This document shows, piece after piece, positions 46,511-60,795 of a stretch of DNA of 64,000 nucleotides. Under the pieces are notes generated by a model. It was not told the origin of the DNA. It saw only the letters and a program-made list of their open reading frames with translations, and did not search any database. Each line of letters starts with the position of its first letter. The first letter of the stretch is position 1. A program made the position numbers and the translations under genes. Source of the DNA: Eledone cirrhosa (Eukaryota); the NCBI GenBank assembly GCA_964016885.1, contig OZ024741.1, positions 326,864,001-326,928,000 on the forward strand, in the 5' to 3' direction.

Positions 46511-47425
46511 TAAGATCAAAAGATGGTTAAAAGAGTTCGATGTATTTTATTATGAGCATTTCAAAAACAAATATCATCATGCGAAGACATTTGCGTCTTC
46601 GTCAGATAAAATAGGGAGACATGATATGAAGGTTAAAAAACACTTGTGAATAGTGTAGTTTTAAATCAACATATGAAAAGTAGTTTTAGATTGATGTGTG
46701 ATATTGGGAAAAGAATTGGGGGGGGGGGGAGGATGAAAAAGAGGAGGAGATAAGAGTAAAGAATGGAGGGGGAGGAGCATAATAAGGAAGGATGAGATAG
46801 GAGGAGAGATAGCTTTCATAACTGAGAAAAATATATTGTTTTACATAGAGAGGTTAAAAAACCGTTAAAAGAATTTGAAAATTAACGAAGAGAAAAATTA
46901 AGGTTTATATTTTTTTAATAATACATATCAACAATATCTTTTCATCGCACATATTATTAAACCCATCAATATACAAACCTTAATTTAACATTATTCTAAA
47001 ATTTTTCTCTTCGTTAATTTTCAAATTCTTTTAATTTATATATTATCTTCCAACGATTTTTTAACCTCTCTATGTAAAACAATATATTTTTCTGTTATAA
47101 AAGCTATCTCTCTCTCTCTATCACCCATCTCTCCTCCTATCTCATCCTTCGTTATTATACTCCTCCCCCTCCATTCTTTACTCTAATCTCCTCCTCTTTT
47201 TCATCCCCTCCCCCTCAATTTTTTTCCCAATATCACACATCAATCTAAAACTACTTTTCATATGTTGATTTAAAACTGCACTATTCACAAGTGTTTTTTA
47301 ACCTTCATATCATGTCTCCCTATTTTATCTGACGGAAACGCAAATGTCTTCGCATGATGATATTTGTTTTTGAAATGCGCATAATAAAATACATCGAACT
47401 CTTTTAACCATCTTTTGATCTTATA
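46511..47425. mobile_element. Foldback with ~390-bp arms and an HHR in each arm (46544-46612-, 47322-47390+)
   Basis: attttat CTGACGA agacgcaaat...atttgttttt GAAA tgcgca TA ataaaat (consensus of the two arms). Confidence 0.8.
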
Positions 47426-49169
47426 TATTATTTATACTCCAGTCCTACAATTGTAGAGTGCTACTTAACCGATATCTGCATTGCTTTATTGTACTACAAT
47501 AAAACTCACCTCCTACATATATATATATATATATATATATTAAAATAGCAGATTAAAGTTTAACCAAAGAATCGATGCTTTCACCCTTCACGGCATCTTC
47601 TGAAACTAAAAAAAATCAATCTGAGAAAGCAGAAGTACATATTTCGAATAACGTTACACACACTATATATATATATACACACACTATATATATACATATA
47701 GTAACTGCCTCAAGACAAATCTTGAGGCTTCACAGAAACAGAAAGAATACAACTAGTTAGGAAATTACAAGTACAATCCATTAATGGAACAGTAAAAATA
47801 TGTAAATCATTGGTAAAACAAAGAATTTGCGTCTAATAACTGCAACAGATACAAAGCGTATGGACATGCACACATTCAACGCAAAACATCCACATCCACA
47901 CATACAATAACATCCATATCTACACATGCATGCATGCAGACATGCATGCATATCTACCTAGTTGATGTTGTGTAAACTCCAATGAGAGAGTCTTGTGTCT
48001 ATGTTAGAAACCGACTCTCTATCTATTTGTGAAATTTGTGAAATTATAAAACCAGAAGAACAAACATACATAAATACATATAGCAAGCAACAACGGTCAC
48101 TGGGATAGTTCTTTTATTTTCCTCGGAAGATGAGATGTTAATCTCGGAATATCAGGACATATGAATAAATTAAGGTAGAAAACAACAACTGTTTCTTACA
48201 ATTTAATTATTTTCCGTCCAAACGCGCTTGTCGTATCTTTCAAACTTCAAATTCTTTATACATACATATATACATACATACATGCATAAAGACATACATA
48301 GAAACATACATACATATAATATGGAGAAGCCGTTATTGAGTGGATGTTTATAAAAGTTTCTGATTCGCTGTTAACATCCCAACATAATGCTTATAGCACG
48401 CCTGTCTAACCATACATTTTCTTCATGAAATTATTTTGTATATAAATAAAGAGTTTATTTCTCCCTATGCATACTGAATGAGACATTTCAGAATGAGACG
48501 TTTCAGAAACAAACAAACACACACGCGAAGACACGCCGTATAATTCTCTCACACACAAACTCACGAAAACATAAATTGTCACACACACAACAACACTTAA
48601 ACAAAATACAAACTCTCACATGCACAAACACTCGCAAATATAAAAATACTCACACACTGAAGCACAGGCAAACAAAAGAACTGAGGCACAATAGCACACG
48701 CGAAAATTACTCACACATACACAAAAACACATGCAAACAACCATACGCACACGCAACAACCCACGCAAATAAAAGTAGTCGCACAAACAAACACAGGAAA
48801 ACAAAAAAAATTCTCACAAACACAAACACACACAAAGAAAAATATTTACAGAGACATATACATACGTATATACATCAGACTGAGGGTGGATATGATCTTC
48901 AAATATCCTTGAAGTCGATCAAACAGCATGGATGAAGTGAGACAATTGAAACCAGTAATGAAAAGTATATATGGAAAGAGAAATATGAAAATGTTTACAC
49001 ACACAAACGATCACGCAGACACCCATAGGCACATATAATATAAATATCGCATTTACAGAGATTTAATTAATGCCCTACCAACCTTAACGAAAATTTCCTT
49101 TCATGTAACATTGAAACAATAGAAATCAACCATACGATGTAATAATCCTGACTTCATATACATACATAC

Positions 49170-49321
<152 letters not shown>

Positions 49322-49855
49322 TGTATATATAATGTTCTACAAGAAATATTAGGCTTATTATACGGATCATGTCAATCATCGATTATAATGTCAGAATGTC
49401 ATTTCAGAATATATATTAACAAGCTAATTTAGATATTAGATGATGTATCGATAGATAATTAGTGTACATAGTTCTAGACACAGCACCGCCATGATGTCTT
49501 TTTCTCTTTTAATTTTTACATATATATATACATATATTTGTTTTCCATCTCACACCTCTACAAAGCTTCAAAACCCGTCTCTGCTGATAGTTGAAACGGA
49601 GATTTATCTCGGTCGATATATGTCACTAAACATATATTCTAATGTCCAAGGCCTCGTTGGTCTTCGTCAGCTCTTCTATAATAACAATAATGATAATAAT
49701 AACAGCAACAATAATGAAAATATATTTTATATATATATGCCAGGGAACATTTGAAATAGAAATATTTATGATAATTTGTGAAGGAGCTATGCAAGAATAG
49801 TTTTCCGGCGAATATTTCCAATGAATACAAACACACACACATGCACACATATATC

Positions 49856-49895
<40 letters not shown>

Positions 49896-49939
49896 TATAT
49901 GCCGGGTGAGCACTCGATGTTCGCGCAGAGCAGACTATA

Positions 49940-50238
49940 ATACTATAAGAATAAAGGAACAAAGAGTCAGTGTCGCATCATAAAATATTTAATAACATAT
50001 TACATATATTTCACTGCGGATCAGCTCGAGGAATGATCTGTTATTGGTCGAACCTGACTCTGGAATCGAAAAATCCTCAGATATGCCTCGGTATGTAATC
50101 TTGTCTCCGGTTCTGTGTGCGAATTTCTCCAGTCGCTTGTTACTTTCTTCGAGCTGATCAACAGTAAAACATATATAATATGTTATTAAATATGTTATGA
50201 TGCAGCACTGACTCTTTGTTCCCTTCTTCTTATTGTAT
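49940..50238. mobile_element. Foldback (49940-50032 / 50145-50238) with HHR candidate 49996-50085(-)
   Basis: Inverted arms; catat CTGAGGA ...large loop... GAAA tatatg TA atatg (stem II weak). Confidence 0.6.
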
Positions 50239-50802
50239 ATATATATATATATTCTGTCTTTGCGCGTAATTGTTTTTCACCGCTCCTATTAATGACGTAT
50301 TATTCGTTTTTTCCCGTTCTTTGCCAGCGAACGTTTCCACGAACCAAAGTATCGTCTTCCTGTCTTCCTCTGGTTGCAACGTTTTTTGAAATCTCCAGTT
50401 CTGCGTTTACAGATTGACTTTGTTAGTTTCAGAAGATCCCGTTAAGGGTGAAAGCAGCGATTCTTTGCTTAAACTTTAATCTGTTATTTTAATAAATATA
50501 TATATATATATATAAAGAAAAAAAGATGAAATCGAAAATGTGAGAAAAACCACAGACCCTCCATCGCAACTCTACATTTGAAAAGCAGAAGAATTCCGAA
50601 ACCGGTAAAGGAACCAGATAAATATATATATATTTTTTAAAAATAAGACTCCAGTTGCATTTTCGATTAAATATTGTTATACTTGGGGAGGGTTATATCT
50701 GTGTAATAATATTGCCAGAATTAATAACAGAACACAGTGAGTGTGTTCTGTTATTAATTCTGGCAATATTATTACACAAATATGACCCTCCCCAAGTATA
50801 AC

Positions 50803-50941
<139 letters not shown>

Positions 50942-51398
50942 CTGAATTTGTTTAGCAAGATTCTTTATCTGAAATCGTGTGTTGAAACCGATATTGTTAT
51001 ACTTTGGGAGGGTCATGTTGCCAATAAGAAACACACGCACCAGGTGTTTTCACTTCAATTTATTATATATTTATAAATTTACAAATTTACAAATCTATAA
51101 ATTTCTGGTTGGTTGGTTGGTTCCACAACCAGGTAGTTGTTTATATATAGTCATAGTCCTTTCGTCACACACTCTGTGACCTCTTCAGTGACTGGGGATT
51201 CTTTTCTTTGTTTCTGTACCTTTCCTTTCTTCTGTCCTACGCCATTTTGTTTCTGTGTGTGTGTTGTGTGCTCAGTTTGCGCATGCGCCACATCCGGGTG
51301 TCTGTGTGTGTTTGTGTTCATTTGTCTATTTGTTTATTTATTTACATGTTATATGTTGGTTGTTTGTTCTATGTTGTGTGTGTGTTTTCATTTTGTCC

Positions 51399-54300
51399 TT
51401 AATTGTAAGTTGTGATGTTGCTGTTCCACTCATATTTTCTATTTAATTTTGGTTGTAATTCTTTTATGTTTATTGCCTCTGTAATTTGTCTAAACATTGC
51501 ATCTTTTCTGTGTGTAGATTCAGTTTTTATTTCTATGTTCTCTAATTTACCCTTGTGTTCTATCTTAGCATGTTGGTAGAGTACAGATGATTCTTTATTA
51601 TCTTGAAAGTCTCGCCAGTGTTCATTTATCCGTTCCCCTATACTACGAGCTGTCTCACCTATGTACACTATATTTTTGTTTCTACATTGTCCTTCAGTAC
51701 ATCTTATGCTATACACTACATTTCTAGTTTTACAGTTAATATGGTGGCTTATTTTACAGGTTATACATTTCTTATCTATACATGAGGGTCTTTGGAACGG
51801 GTATCTATTGCTAATAAGTGTTTTTACGGAGGTACCTGGTCTTTCTACTATCTTAATATTGAGTTTATGTTTATTTAGGGCCCTTCTAAATTTGTAGGCT
51901 AGTTCGCCTCTAGGGGTTGTGTCGATGAACATTACACTCTGGTATTTATTGCTATCATACCATGAGTTTATTCTATTGGCCTTGTTCCTAGTTCTTTCTA
52001 TTCTATTCCAAAATTTGCTCCTATACAAGGGGCAGGTCCCATTTATGTCATTATTTACCATGTTTTCCCATTTGGTTCTGGCTCCTCTATACACTCTGAT
52101 TCTATCTCTCTGATTGTAGCCAGAGAACTGCATACGGTGGATGAAGTGTTGTATGTGTCTCTCTAGTTCTTCGGGGTTGCACATGCGGGACACATTTCTC
52201 ATCACCCGTACCAAATCCGCAATCAGTATGTTGATTTTGGCATGGTCCGAAATGTCCGAGTTTCGGTGGATCAGATGTTTGGAAGTCATGGGTTTGGCAT
52301 AATGGGAATGGAGGATTTGTTTTTGGTTGTTAATGGTATCTAACCAGAGCTCTGTGTCTAGTACAGGTAATCGATGGTTGGGGTGTCTACTTGGGTAGTC
52401 TATAGTAACTCTAATGCTCTGGTGGATGGAGTTTGCTATTTGCTGGATGCTTTCCATTTTGTTTTTCTCTAGTTCCTGACTGTTCGCTAGTGGGGGTGTC
52501 TTAACTACGATGTTTATATCATCTACGTAGGGGGAGTACATTATCAGGGTTAAGCTGTCTTCTAATTGTTCTTTAAGTTTAAGTTTAAGTTTAAGTCTAC
52601 TGCCCCACCATACCATGAATAAGTTAGCTATGTCGCCTGCAATGCTAACACCAATGGCTGCTCCTTCCTCTTGGGCATATGTTTTTCCATTAAATTTGAA
52701 CATATGTTCCTTAAGGGTTAATTTTATGCTGGCCCCTACCGTATGTGCAATCATTTTCTTCAATTCATCATGGTTTTCGGGTGTCCGTATGGCTCTGGTC
52801 CACCCGTTCCATCTATCTGTGTGGGTTTTCTTGGCCATTGAGGTAATGGTAGGTGGTCTGCCTCTTGCTGGTCTTGTAGGGCACAGGTTATTAAGGTCAT
52901 ATGTGTCTAGGTAACTATTACTATGGGTAAGCTTAAGTAGATGTCCCAGCTCACTGGTATCAATCCCACGGAACTCAATCTTGCTCTCGCTGATCATTTC
53001 TACGCATTTCTCCACAGCAAAATCCACGTCAATAGATGGATACAGGGACACAACATCCATACTGCCTATTATGCAGTTTGTTAGGTCCTCAGATCGGTTA
53101 CTCACGCCGATTCTGCTGAGGAGGTCCTCCGTGCTGTCACATACATCTGGGGACATCTCAATGATGGGGCGTATGATCAGGGAGAGGAAGTAGGACAGTT
53201 TGTAATTACTAGCAATGTTAGCTCCACAGACTGGCCGTGTTGGTAGTCCCGCGACAGGGTCACAGCCCGTTTTATGGTCTTTTCGAAGCCCATACAACGC
53301 CGGCACGTCATTGTTCCAGGCCTGGAAGTTGTTGGCAGTGCTTTTATTGGGCTGCATTATATTCGTCCACATCACCATATGGGCATTGAGGGCTTTTTCT
53401 CTATCCTCATGCTCCTGTGGTGTTACCTCTCTTGTGTTAGTGATGTGGGGTTGCATTGCCTGGATGTAGTTTGGCAGGCTGTCAACCGACATTCTGCCAG
53501 ACTTGTCTGTTGGAAAGCATGCTATCTCTCCATTATGTGAGCGCTGCATGAGCTTACGCAAGCCATTTGCATATTTTTCTCCCAGTTGCTGGGCCTCTAT
53601 TCTATTATGCTTCTTGCTATACTGTTCTATAATATTTCTAAGTTTGGATCTAGCTATACTAAATTGTGCTTCTGTTTGTTCATCGACCTGCGACGGCAAC
53701 TGCGTGCGTTTGTTAAATGGTAAAGTCGTGGCGTGGACTGGTCGCAGGTCGAATGATTTATCGGAGGGATTATAAAACGGAGAGTTCCAGGCTGCTGCTT
53801 TGTGTGTACTAGTGCTATTGTTATTGTTAGTTGTGTTGTTTCTATTTCTATTTCCACCAACAGCCTCATGGTTGTTTCTATGTCTCTCATAATTACTCCT
53901 GTCTCTTTCCACTGGCTCAATGTTGTTATCTACCCTATTTTGTGTGTCTGTGTGTTCGTCTTGGTTATTCTCTTTGTCCTTAGTCTCCCTTCTCCTTTTA
54001 ATCCTATTACTTTCCCTTATTTCTGTGATTTCTGTGCTACCGTCATTACTTGTTTTCTGTGTCTGTGTGTTTGTTAAGATTGTGGTGGTGGTGAGAGGCA
54101 TTGAATGCGTGTGTGTTGTTGTTGTTGATGTGTGCTGTTGTTGATGTGTGTTGTTGTTGTCTCCGTGTGTGTTATCGTTGTTGTGTGTGTTGTTATTGTT
54201 GTTTGTGTCTGCGTATCTGTTGTTGTTGTTTCTGGGTATGTTGTTATTGTTGTTGTTGTTGATGTGTGTTTTGTTGTTATTGTTGTTTGTGTCTGTGTGT

Positions 54301-54548
54301 CTGTTGTTGTTGGGATGTGTGTTGTATATGTGTGTGCGTATATTGTTGCTTTTGTTTTTGATGCTCCAGCGTAGTTTTGTAAATGATTTTTCTATTTCTG
54401 ACAGACAACTAATCATATTTACCTTCTTGAATGTCGCAAATTTCGGCGGCAAACATAACACAGACATTTCATCATTATCTATTTTGCGTTCCCATATATG
54501 TTGGTGTTTTTTGTTGTTGAACTCTTCTGATAATGAGGTGTCGGCCAT
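51399..54548 (-). CDS. PLE polyprotein: reverse transcriptase + GIY-YIG endonuclease (Neptune/Nematis-like Cys linker)
   Basis: TDKSGR, LYGLRKDHK, GSMDVVSLYPSI, QEEGAAIGVSIAGDIANLFM, YVDD, LPVLD; CIDKKCITC...NCKTRNVVYSIRC...YIGETARSIGERINEH...RQITEA...LN. Confidence 0.93.
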   Translation of the reverse strand: MADTSLSEEFNNKKHQHIWERKIDNDEMSVLCLPPKFATFKKVNMISCLSEIEKSFTKLRWSIKNKSNNIRTHIYNTHPNNNRHTDTNNNNNKTHINNNNNNNIPRNNNNRYADTNNNNNTHNNDNTHGDNNNTHQQQHTSTTTTHTHSMPLTTTTILTNTQTQKTSNDGSTEITEIRESNRIKRRRETKDKENNQDEHTDTQNRVDNNIEPVERDRSNYERHRNNHEAVGGNRNRNNTTNNNNSTSTHKAAAWNSPFYNPSDKSFDLRPVHATTLPFNKRTQLPSQVDEQTEAQFSIARSKLRNIIEQYSKKHNRIEAQQLGEKYANGLRKLMQRSHNGEIACFPTDKSGRMSVDSLPNYIQAMQPHITNTREVTPQEHEDREKALNAHMVMWTNIMQPNKSTANNFQAWNNDVPALYGLRKDHKTGCDPVAGLPTRPVCGANIASNYKLSYFLSLIIRPIIEMSPDVCDSTEDLLSRIGVSNRSEDLTNCIIGSMDVVSLYPSIDVDFAVEKCVEMISESKIEFRGIDTSELGHLLKLTHSNSYLDTYDLNNLCPTRPARGRPPTITSMAKKTHTDRWNGWTRAIRTPENHDELKKMIAHTVGASIKLTLKEHMFKFNGKTYAQEEGAAIGVSIAGDIANLFMVWWGSRLKLKLKLKEQLEDSLTLIMYSPYVDDINIVVKTPPLANSQELEKNKMESIQQIANSIHQSIRVTIDYPSRHPNHRLPVLDTELWLDTINNQKQILHSHYAKPMTSKHLIHRNSDISDHAKINILIADLVRVMRNVSRMCNPEELERHIQHFIHRMQFSGYNQRDRIRVYRGARTKWENMVNNDINGTCPLYRSKFWNRIERTRNKANRINSWYDSNKYQSVMFIDTTPRGELAYKFRRALNKHKLNIKIVERPGTSVKTLISNRYPFQRPSCIDKKCITCKISHHINCKTRNVVYSIRCTEGQCRNKNIVYIGETARSIGERINEHWRDFQDNKESSVLYQHAKIEHKGKLENIEIKTESTHRKDAMFRQITEAINIKELQPKLNRKYEWNSNITTYN

Positions 54549-54656
54549 GTTGATACCGTCAATTTTGTTGGGATATCTATTGGTATACTCTATAGTATCC
54601 TGATTTAGCTTTGCCTGTTTAAGCCACTTTAGTTTCCTGTTAAAGTGCTTATCACA

Positions 54657-55115
54657 TTATTGAGTAATGTACTGTTCTTCAGGGCGTATAAGGCTTATAA
54701 ATATTAGTTTCTCTCTTGGTGTGGTGATCCTAGCTATTTCTTGTATTAGGTTACGCTTTTGTTTTTCTTGATGACTTAATTCTCTATAGATCTTCTTTTT
54801 TATGTTTAGAATTAATGTTCGTTTTAGCCTATCTGCTTGTTTTTTGGTGAGTTGTAATCTTCTAACGTCGGTATTGATGGTGTTGGTGTAGATTCTGGAA
54901 GAGGCACACTGCTTTATGAAGTATAGTTGTCGAGATGTTATGGTTTTTCGTAGACAACAGAACATGGTGGTTTTCAGTATCTTGTTAGCCTGGCTAAGGC
55001 TTACGATATTTCGTTTCTGAATTTGTTTAGCAAGATTCTTTATCTGAAATCGTGTGTTGAAACCGATACTGTTATACTTTGGGAGGGCCATAATGCCAAT
55101 AAGAAACACACGCAC
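54657..55115 (-). CDS. N-terminal part of the same PLE ORF, in frame and separated by a single TAA
   Basis: 55115-54548 = 567 nt (same frame); the region after the TAA reads open as CDKHFNRKLKWLKQAKLNQDTIEYTNRYPNKIDGINM. Confidence 0.75.
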   Translation of the reverse strand: MRVFLIGIMALPKYNSIGFNTRFQIKNLAKQIQKRNIVSLSQANKILKTTMFCCLRKTITSRQLYFIKQCASSRIYTNTINTDVRRLQLTKKQADRLKRTLILNIKKKIYRELSHQEKQKRNLIQEIARITTPREKLIFISLIRPEEQYITQ

Positions 55116-56132
55116 CAGTTGCTTTCACTTCAATTTATTATATATTTATAAATTTACAAATTTACAAATCTATAAATTTCTGGTTGGTTGGTTGGTTCCA
55201 CAACCAGGTAGTTGTTTATATATAGTCATAGTCCTTTCGTCACACACTCTGTGACCTCTTCAGTGACTGGGGATTCTTTTCTTTGTTTCTGTGCCTTTCC
55301 TTTCTTCTGTCCTACGCCATTTTGTTTCTGTGTGTGTGTTGTGTGCTCAGTTTGCGCATGCGCCACATATGATAAAATTAGTCCTTCGTCAGTGATTTGC
55401 CAACCATCATTGATATTTCATCGCATTATATATAGATATGCTTATACAGAACTAGAACTCTTTTATTCGCAACAAATCGCCAGAAAAGTCCCTTTCTATA
55501 TATAATTAAAATGCCTACATTCCATCAACGTATTGAGTACTTTTTTTTACCTGTCACATCCTCCCGATACCCTGTTGGCTTGATAATATTAAGAGAACAA
55601 ATCGGGATAAGAGGAAGAAAAATAAGAAACATAAATAATGTTACATTCGGAATATTTATTTGTATCAATATATTTCCGACGTCTCGACCTTTATGAAGGG
55701 TTCAATCGGGGAGCCAGGATAATGTCGGTGAGGATATTATTGATATTACAAAAATCTGAGTGGTTAGTGTATATATAGACACTGAACTTTTAAATGTGTA
55801 ACAGGTTACCACAGGAAACATTTTTAATATTAAATGATTTGACTTTCACCTGGTTTACCCAGGCGAATGAAGACACTTTACGATTGTCCTACGGCGAAAG
55901 CACAGATACAACGGTCACTTTAAATTGCCCAGCTGAAAATCTGCCTGCCATCTATCAAGGATAGAGCAACATTCAGAAAGGAAGATTTATCTCTATATAT
56001 ATAAATCTAATCTGAGTTTTTCGAATATTAATGATAATATTCGATTCATTTGCAATAATGCAAACAGCCTCTTTTAAGCCACGTCAGTAGAATGAGCCCC
56101 TCATTCTTGCTCTTGTGTTGGCATGTAAACAT

Positions 56133-56181
56133 AACTGCAGACACTAATGTTTCTGGGTGATTACCATTCATCAGTACAGTT
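56133..56181 (-). ncRNA. Minimal hammerhead ribozyme type I (solitary)
   Basis: aactgta CTGATGA atgg-taatcac-cca GAAAC attagt GTC tgcagtt. Confidence 0.7.
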
Positions 56182-57269
56182 TACTGTTCACTTGCCAACG
56201 GCGTGTCAGAGAAAAAAGAGAAAGGTGAAGAAAGAGCTGGAATAGATACAGGCAAAAGAGAAACAGAAGAGAAAGGATGTCATGCAAATGAAATCATAAC
56301 AGTTCGGCTGAGTTATGCCAAGGGTAGACTGGTGCAGAACCAGCCATATGTATCGAACGATTAATCTCATCGTTGTTTATCCGTCAATACGCTGTCGAAT
56401 CGCCGAAACTTTATAGTAGCCGATAAAATTGCGTAACAAAAATAGTAATACACCGAAAAAAAATGAAAAAGAAATAAACAAAAATTTCATTAGAAACGAT
56501 TTAACGCACACATACATATTCAAGCCCATTTAAATATGTTTCAATTTATAAAACATGAATATTAATTAAATGGAATGCACAGAGCAGTGATCATATTACA
56601 GACAGTTGTACATTTACAAGAAGAATTGCATTATTGATGCACATTTGCTAGATATTAGAATAAAATTCCATTAAATGAAATATTTAATAGACGTATCAGC
56701 TGGTGATAATCCGATGTGTACAATATTATTTTGTTTTTGCAAATTTTTTTTATATGACCAGAGTTTGTGACTTTTTATTTTGTGAATTTCATATATGACA
56801 ATAAGGATTCTCTCCTTCACCACTACCCGCAACTTATCAATACATGTTTAATAAAATGTATATAATATTTTAAATTGTAATCAATACAGTGGAGGTTCTT
56901 TGGGAGAAACAACGATATCAGAGATATTTAAAAATAAAAATTTAGAGCACAAACTGAGCTATGAGTTTCAATCTTATTGGAGAGTTCTCATATTTTAATA
57001 GAGGCCACAATGCTATCGTGAAAATTAAGGTAAAATGAAATACTCTGCTCCAGAACATGTTGTGTTTGCAAGATATTAAGCCTATGTATTCACAATCATC
57101 TGTTTAACACTATACATATTAATGCAATGGCACTGTCATGATACTATAAATTAACAGGTTTTAAATTCTACTCCAGCTGATAATTTTTTCAGGAAAACAA
57201 AATATAAACAGGCGCTTATACTGGAAATATTTTTAAGATTGGAATAATAGATGAATATATATATATATA

Positions 57270-57660
57270 TATTGTTTTTCTTTGGGAGGATCATGCTGCC
57301 AATAAAGACACACGCACCTGTTGGTTTTCACTTCAATTTATTATAAATCTCCGGTTGCTTGGTTGGTTGGTCCGATAACCCGATGGTTGTTTATATATTG
57401 TCAAATCTATTTTGTCACACATTATCTGACCTCCTCACTGACTAGGTTTTTATTTTGTCTCTCTCCTTTTTTCTGTCCTATACCATGTTGTTTTTGTGTG
57501 TTAAGCAACCAACCAACCAGAACATTATAATAAATTGAAGTGAAAACAAACAAGTGCGTGTGTTTTTATTGGCAGCATGACCCTCCTAAAGTATAACAAT
57601 ATCTGTTTCAACAAGTATTTTCAGATAAGAAATCTTGTGAAACAAAGTAAAAAACGAAGT
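57270..57660. mobile_element. Older diverged foldback of the same pLTR family
   Basis: 57270-57500 resembles the pLTR; 57505-57660 is an inverted pLTR end. Confidence 0.75.
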
Positions 57661-57745
57661 ATATATATATAGTTCGTTTTCGATGTATATATATGTATAT
57701 TTAAATACATATGTATATATATACATATATATACATATATGTATA

Positions 57746-57810
<65 letters not shown>

Positions 57811-57848
57811 GTATGTATATATATGTATATATATTTATATATATATAC

Positions 57849-57906
<58 letters not shown>

Positions 57907-57921
57907 GAAAAAAAAAAAAAA

Positions 57922-58030
<109 letters not shown>

Positions 58031-58899
58031 ATAAGAAACACTACATAGATACTTCGTTCAAAATTACTTTATTAAATATATATATGAGTTTGTATGAATG
58101 TTCGAGACTGTGTTTGCTTAAACATCCTACATCGTAATGTTACAGCTCAACAAAAAAATAATAGAATAGTTTAGAAATGCGATCGACGAATACGAATGGT
58201 ACACAAACATGGCCGCTTTCTAATGGCTGAAAGACATCAACATGATGAAAGAATAGACGTCTAAAGAATAAAAGAATATCAATATTGGAAGAGAAGTAAT
58301 ATAGGAAAAAAGATAAGTAGATAAATTAGTTATATGTTGTGTGACTCATATTCACGATATATCGAAAATGAAATGAAATACAATCTTCTAATAATCAGTA
58401 CATTAAACGGTTTCCATTAAAGACGAATGGTTTTGTTGTTACTACATTCATAGCTTTCGTTGGCCGTTTGAACAAATGCATTTACAAAAAAATGGCGTGA
58501 GGTTACATCAACAAAACTACGATGTATCTTTTTTTAATTTCTTTTTCTCCCTTTATACATACACAAAACCATACACACACACACACTATATATATATATA
58601 AATATATATATCGTGTATATATATACATATATATATATATAAATGAAAGTATAGAAATTATTGTGAGCGTATTCCATAATATATAAGTGACTATAACGTC
58701 AAAATGGAAAAAGAGTTAACGTAAGATGTGGGAATATAATTCAAACTCAATTTAAAAAATCAAGACATTGACTTATCCACATAATTTTGTGAAATCCAGG
58801 GAAAAATCAATAGACCCTTAATTCAGAATAAAAAACCGATACATACAAAAAAATGTACAGATACACACACGCACCCCCCCCCCCCCCCCCACACACACA

Positions 58900-58930
<31 letters not shown>

Positions 58931-59429
58931 TTAAACGCACACACACTCACGCACGCACACATACATGTATATATGTATATTTATATAATGATTTTGCATA
59001 AAAAGCATATATATAGTATCTTCACAATATATATATGTGTGTGCCTGTGCGTGTCCGTGTGTGTTTAAGTGCGCGCGCGTGTGTGTGTGCGTGTGTCTGT
59101 GTGCGAGTGTGTGTGTCTGTAATTGTTTTTGTATGTATCGGTTTTATAATGGAAAACTGAAGGGAGTTCACAGTTTATGCCAAATATTGTTTGCACAAAG
59201 ACTGAGAGGCTTTTGTTTGTATTTTTATTACACTGTAGAGATATACTAATTTCGTACGTAATTTACATTCTGATATTTACCCACAGATATATACACACGT
59301 GCACGCGCATACATATATATGAAGAGGAAAAAGACGATATATATATATATATGTGTGTGTGTATGTCTCTCTCTCTCTCTCACTCTCTCTGGGTTTCCAC
59401 TTGGTACTACTATTTACCGCAAATCCAGG

Positions 59430-59515
59430 CAGAAGGAGCAACGGGAAATAATGTGTCTTGCTCAAGAACATAACACCCGGTCTGTGAATCGAAATTACAA
59501 CCTCACGATTGCGAA
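59430..59515 (-). mobile_element. tRNA-derived SINE head fragment
   Basis: gtgtcttgctcaagaacataacac...gaatcgaaattacaacctcacgattgcga (reverse complement of a B-box-containing head). Confidence 0.55.
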
Positions 59516-60668
59516 TATTTATATATATATATATATATATATAGGTATGTGTGTGTGACACTATCTTTGAGTGTAGAGATTTTGTGCCCGCTCGAAAAGA
59601 TTGTGTCAATTTTGAAGTTTTAAATGTTAATACATGTTTGCACACATAAGTGGTATAGCTGTCTTCAACATATCCATTCCGTATCGCCTTTGCTCAAAAA
59701 TACTCTCAGCATTTTATTAGGTACGGCACACATTTTGCTTAATTTAGTCCACCACAAATATTGTTAGGTCGTGCAGAATACAATGGTTTCGAAATACCGA
59801 AATATATCAGAAATCTCGTTACCAAACAGCCTGATCCCGCCCCTCGTTCTACGATATATTTATTTGAAAGAGTTCATATTTATCTATTTTAAGGAGTTCA
59901 TACGTATGATAGTTTAACGCTTGATATGTTAGTTTAACGCAGATTCTCAATATTATGGATATGAGTCTTTCTGTGGAAGATGGAATGAGAGACAGAAAAA
60001 CACAATAGAAAATTAAACGATAGTAAAAAGGGGAACACATGGAAAATATATGAGTATTCCATCCCGCTCTTTAAGATGAGTGTTCAAATACCACGAAGGT
60101 CAAATTTAGCTTCGATGCTTCCAAGGTGGATAATATAATATACCATATATTGGGGGCTGTAAGAAGGACCCCCCCCCCCCATGAAATATTTTGCCGAGTG
60201 ATTTATATTACTGTCTGTTATTATTATATTAACAAACAATGTTTGAGACAATTATATTACGTTGACAAGAGTGGTCTATTTGTTGACAAAGACATTCTGT
60301 TACCGACAACAAAACAGGTAATAACTATAAGTGCTTATGAACACTCTTGCACACCTACAGACACACACACACGCACGCACAGAAACAAGGATACACAGAC
60401 AGACACACACAGAGACATATATATATATGCATATGGTATAGGCATTGGTGGGCCATTGTTTTGGATGACGGTGAACTGACTAAGCAAATTTCGTTGAAGT
60501 GTGCGGTGGCGAAGGTCAACTTCCTTCGGACATGCGCTTGCGCAGGCCGGTGGGGGTGAATTGGTACTCACAAGGGAGCGGATGAAAAACCCAAATACAC
60601 GCAATTCATCCGTTCCCTTGTCGAACCAATTTGGATTGCCTCGGAAACATAACCTTATTATGTAACAA

Positions 60669-60742
60669 GCTGTCTGATGATGACACGACACTCGCACACA
60701 GAACAGTGTGGCCAGTGTCGTAACTGAAATATATATCACAGC
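60669..60742 (+). ncRNA. Hammerhead ribozyme type I with long stem II, inside a ~360-bp TA-bounded module (60430-60797)
   Basis: gctgt CTGATGA tgacacgacact-cg-cacac-agaaca-gtgtg-gcc-agtgtcgtaact GAAA tatata TC acagc, then ATTAAA. Confidence 0.75.
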
Positions 60743-60795
60743 ATTATTATTAAAGGACTTGAACATCTGAAACTACTTCGCTTTTCCTTATTCGT

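Noticed and set aside
55674-55716. Decayed HHR-like motif on the minus strand (tcc CCGATTGA...GAGAC GTC gga)
   Set aside because: Multiple core mutations; too degenerate to call
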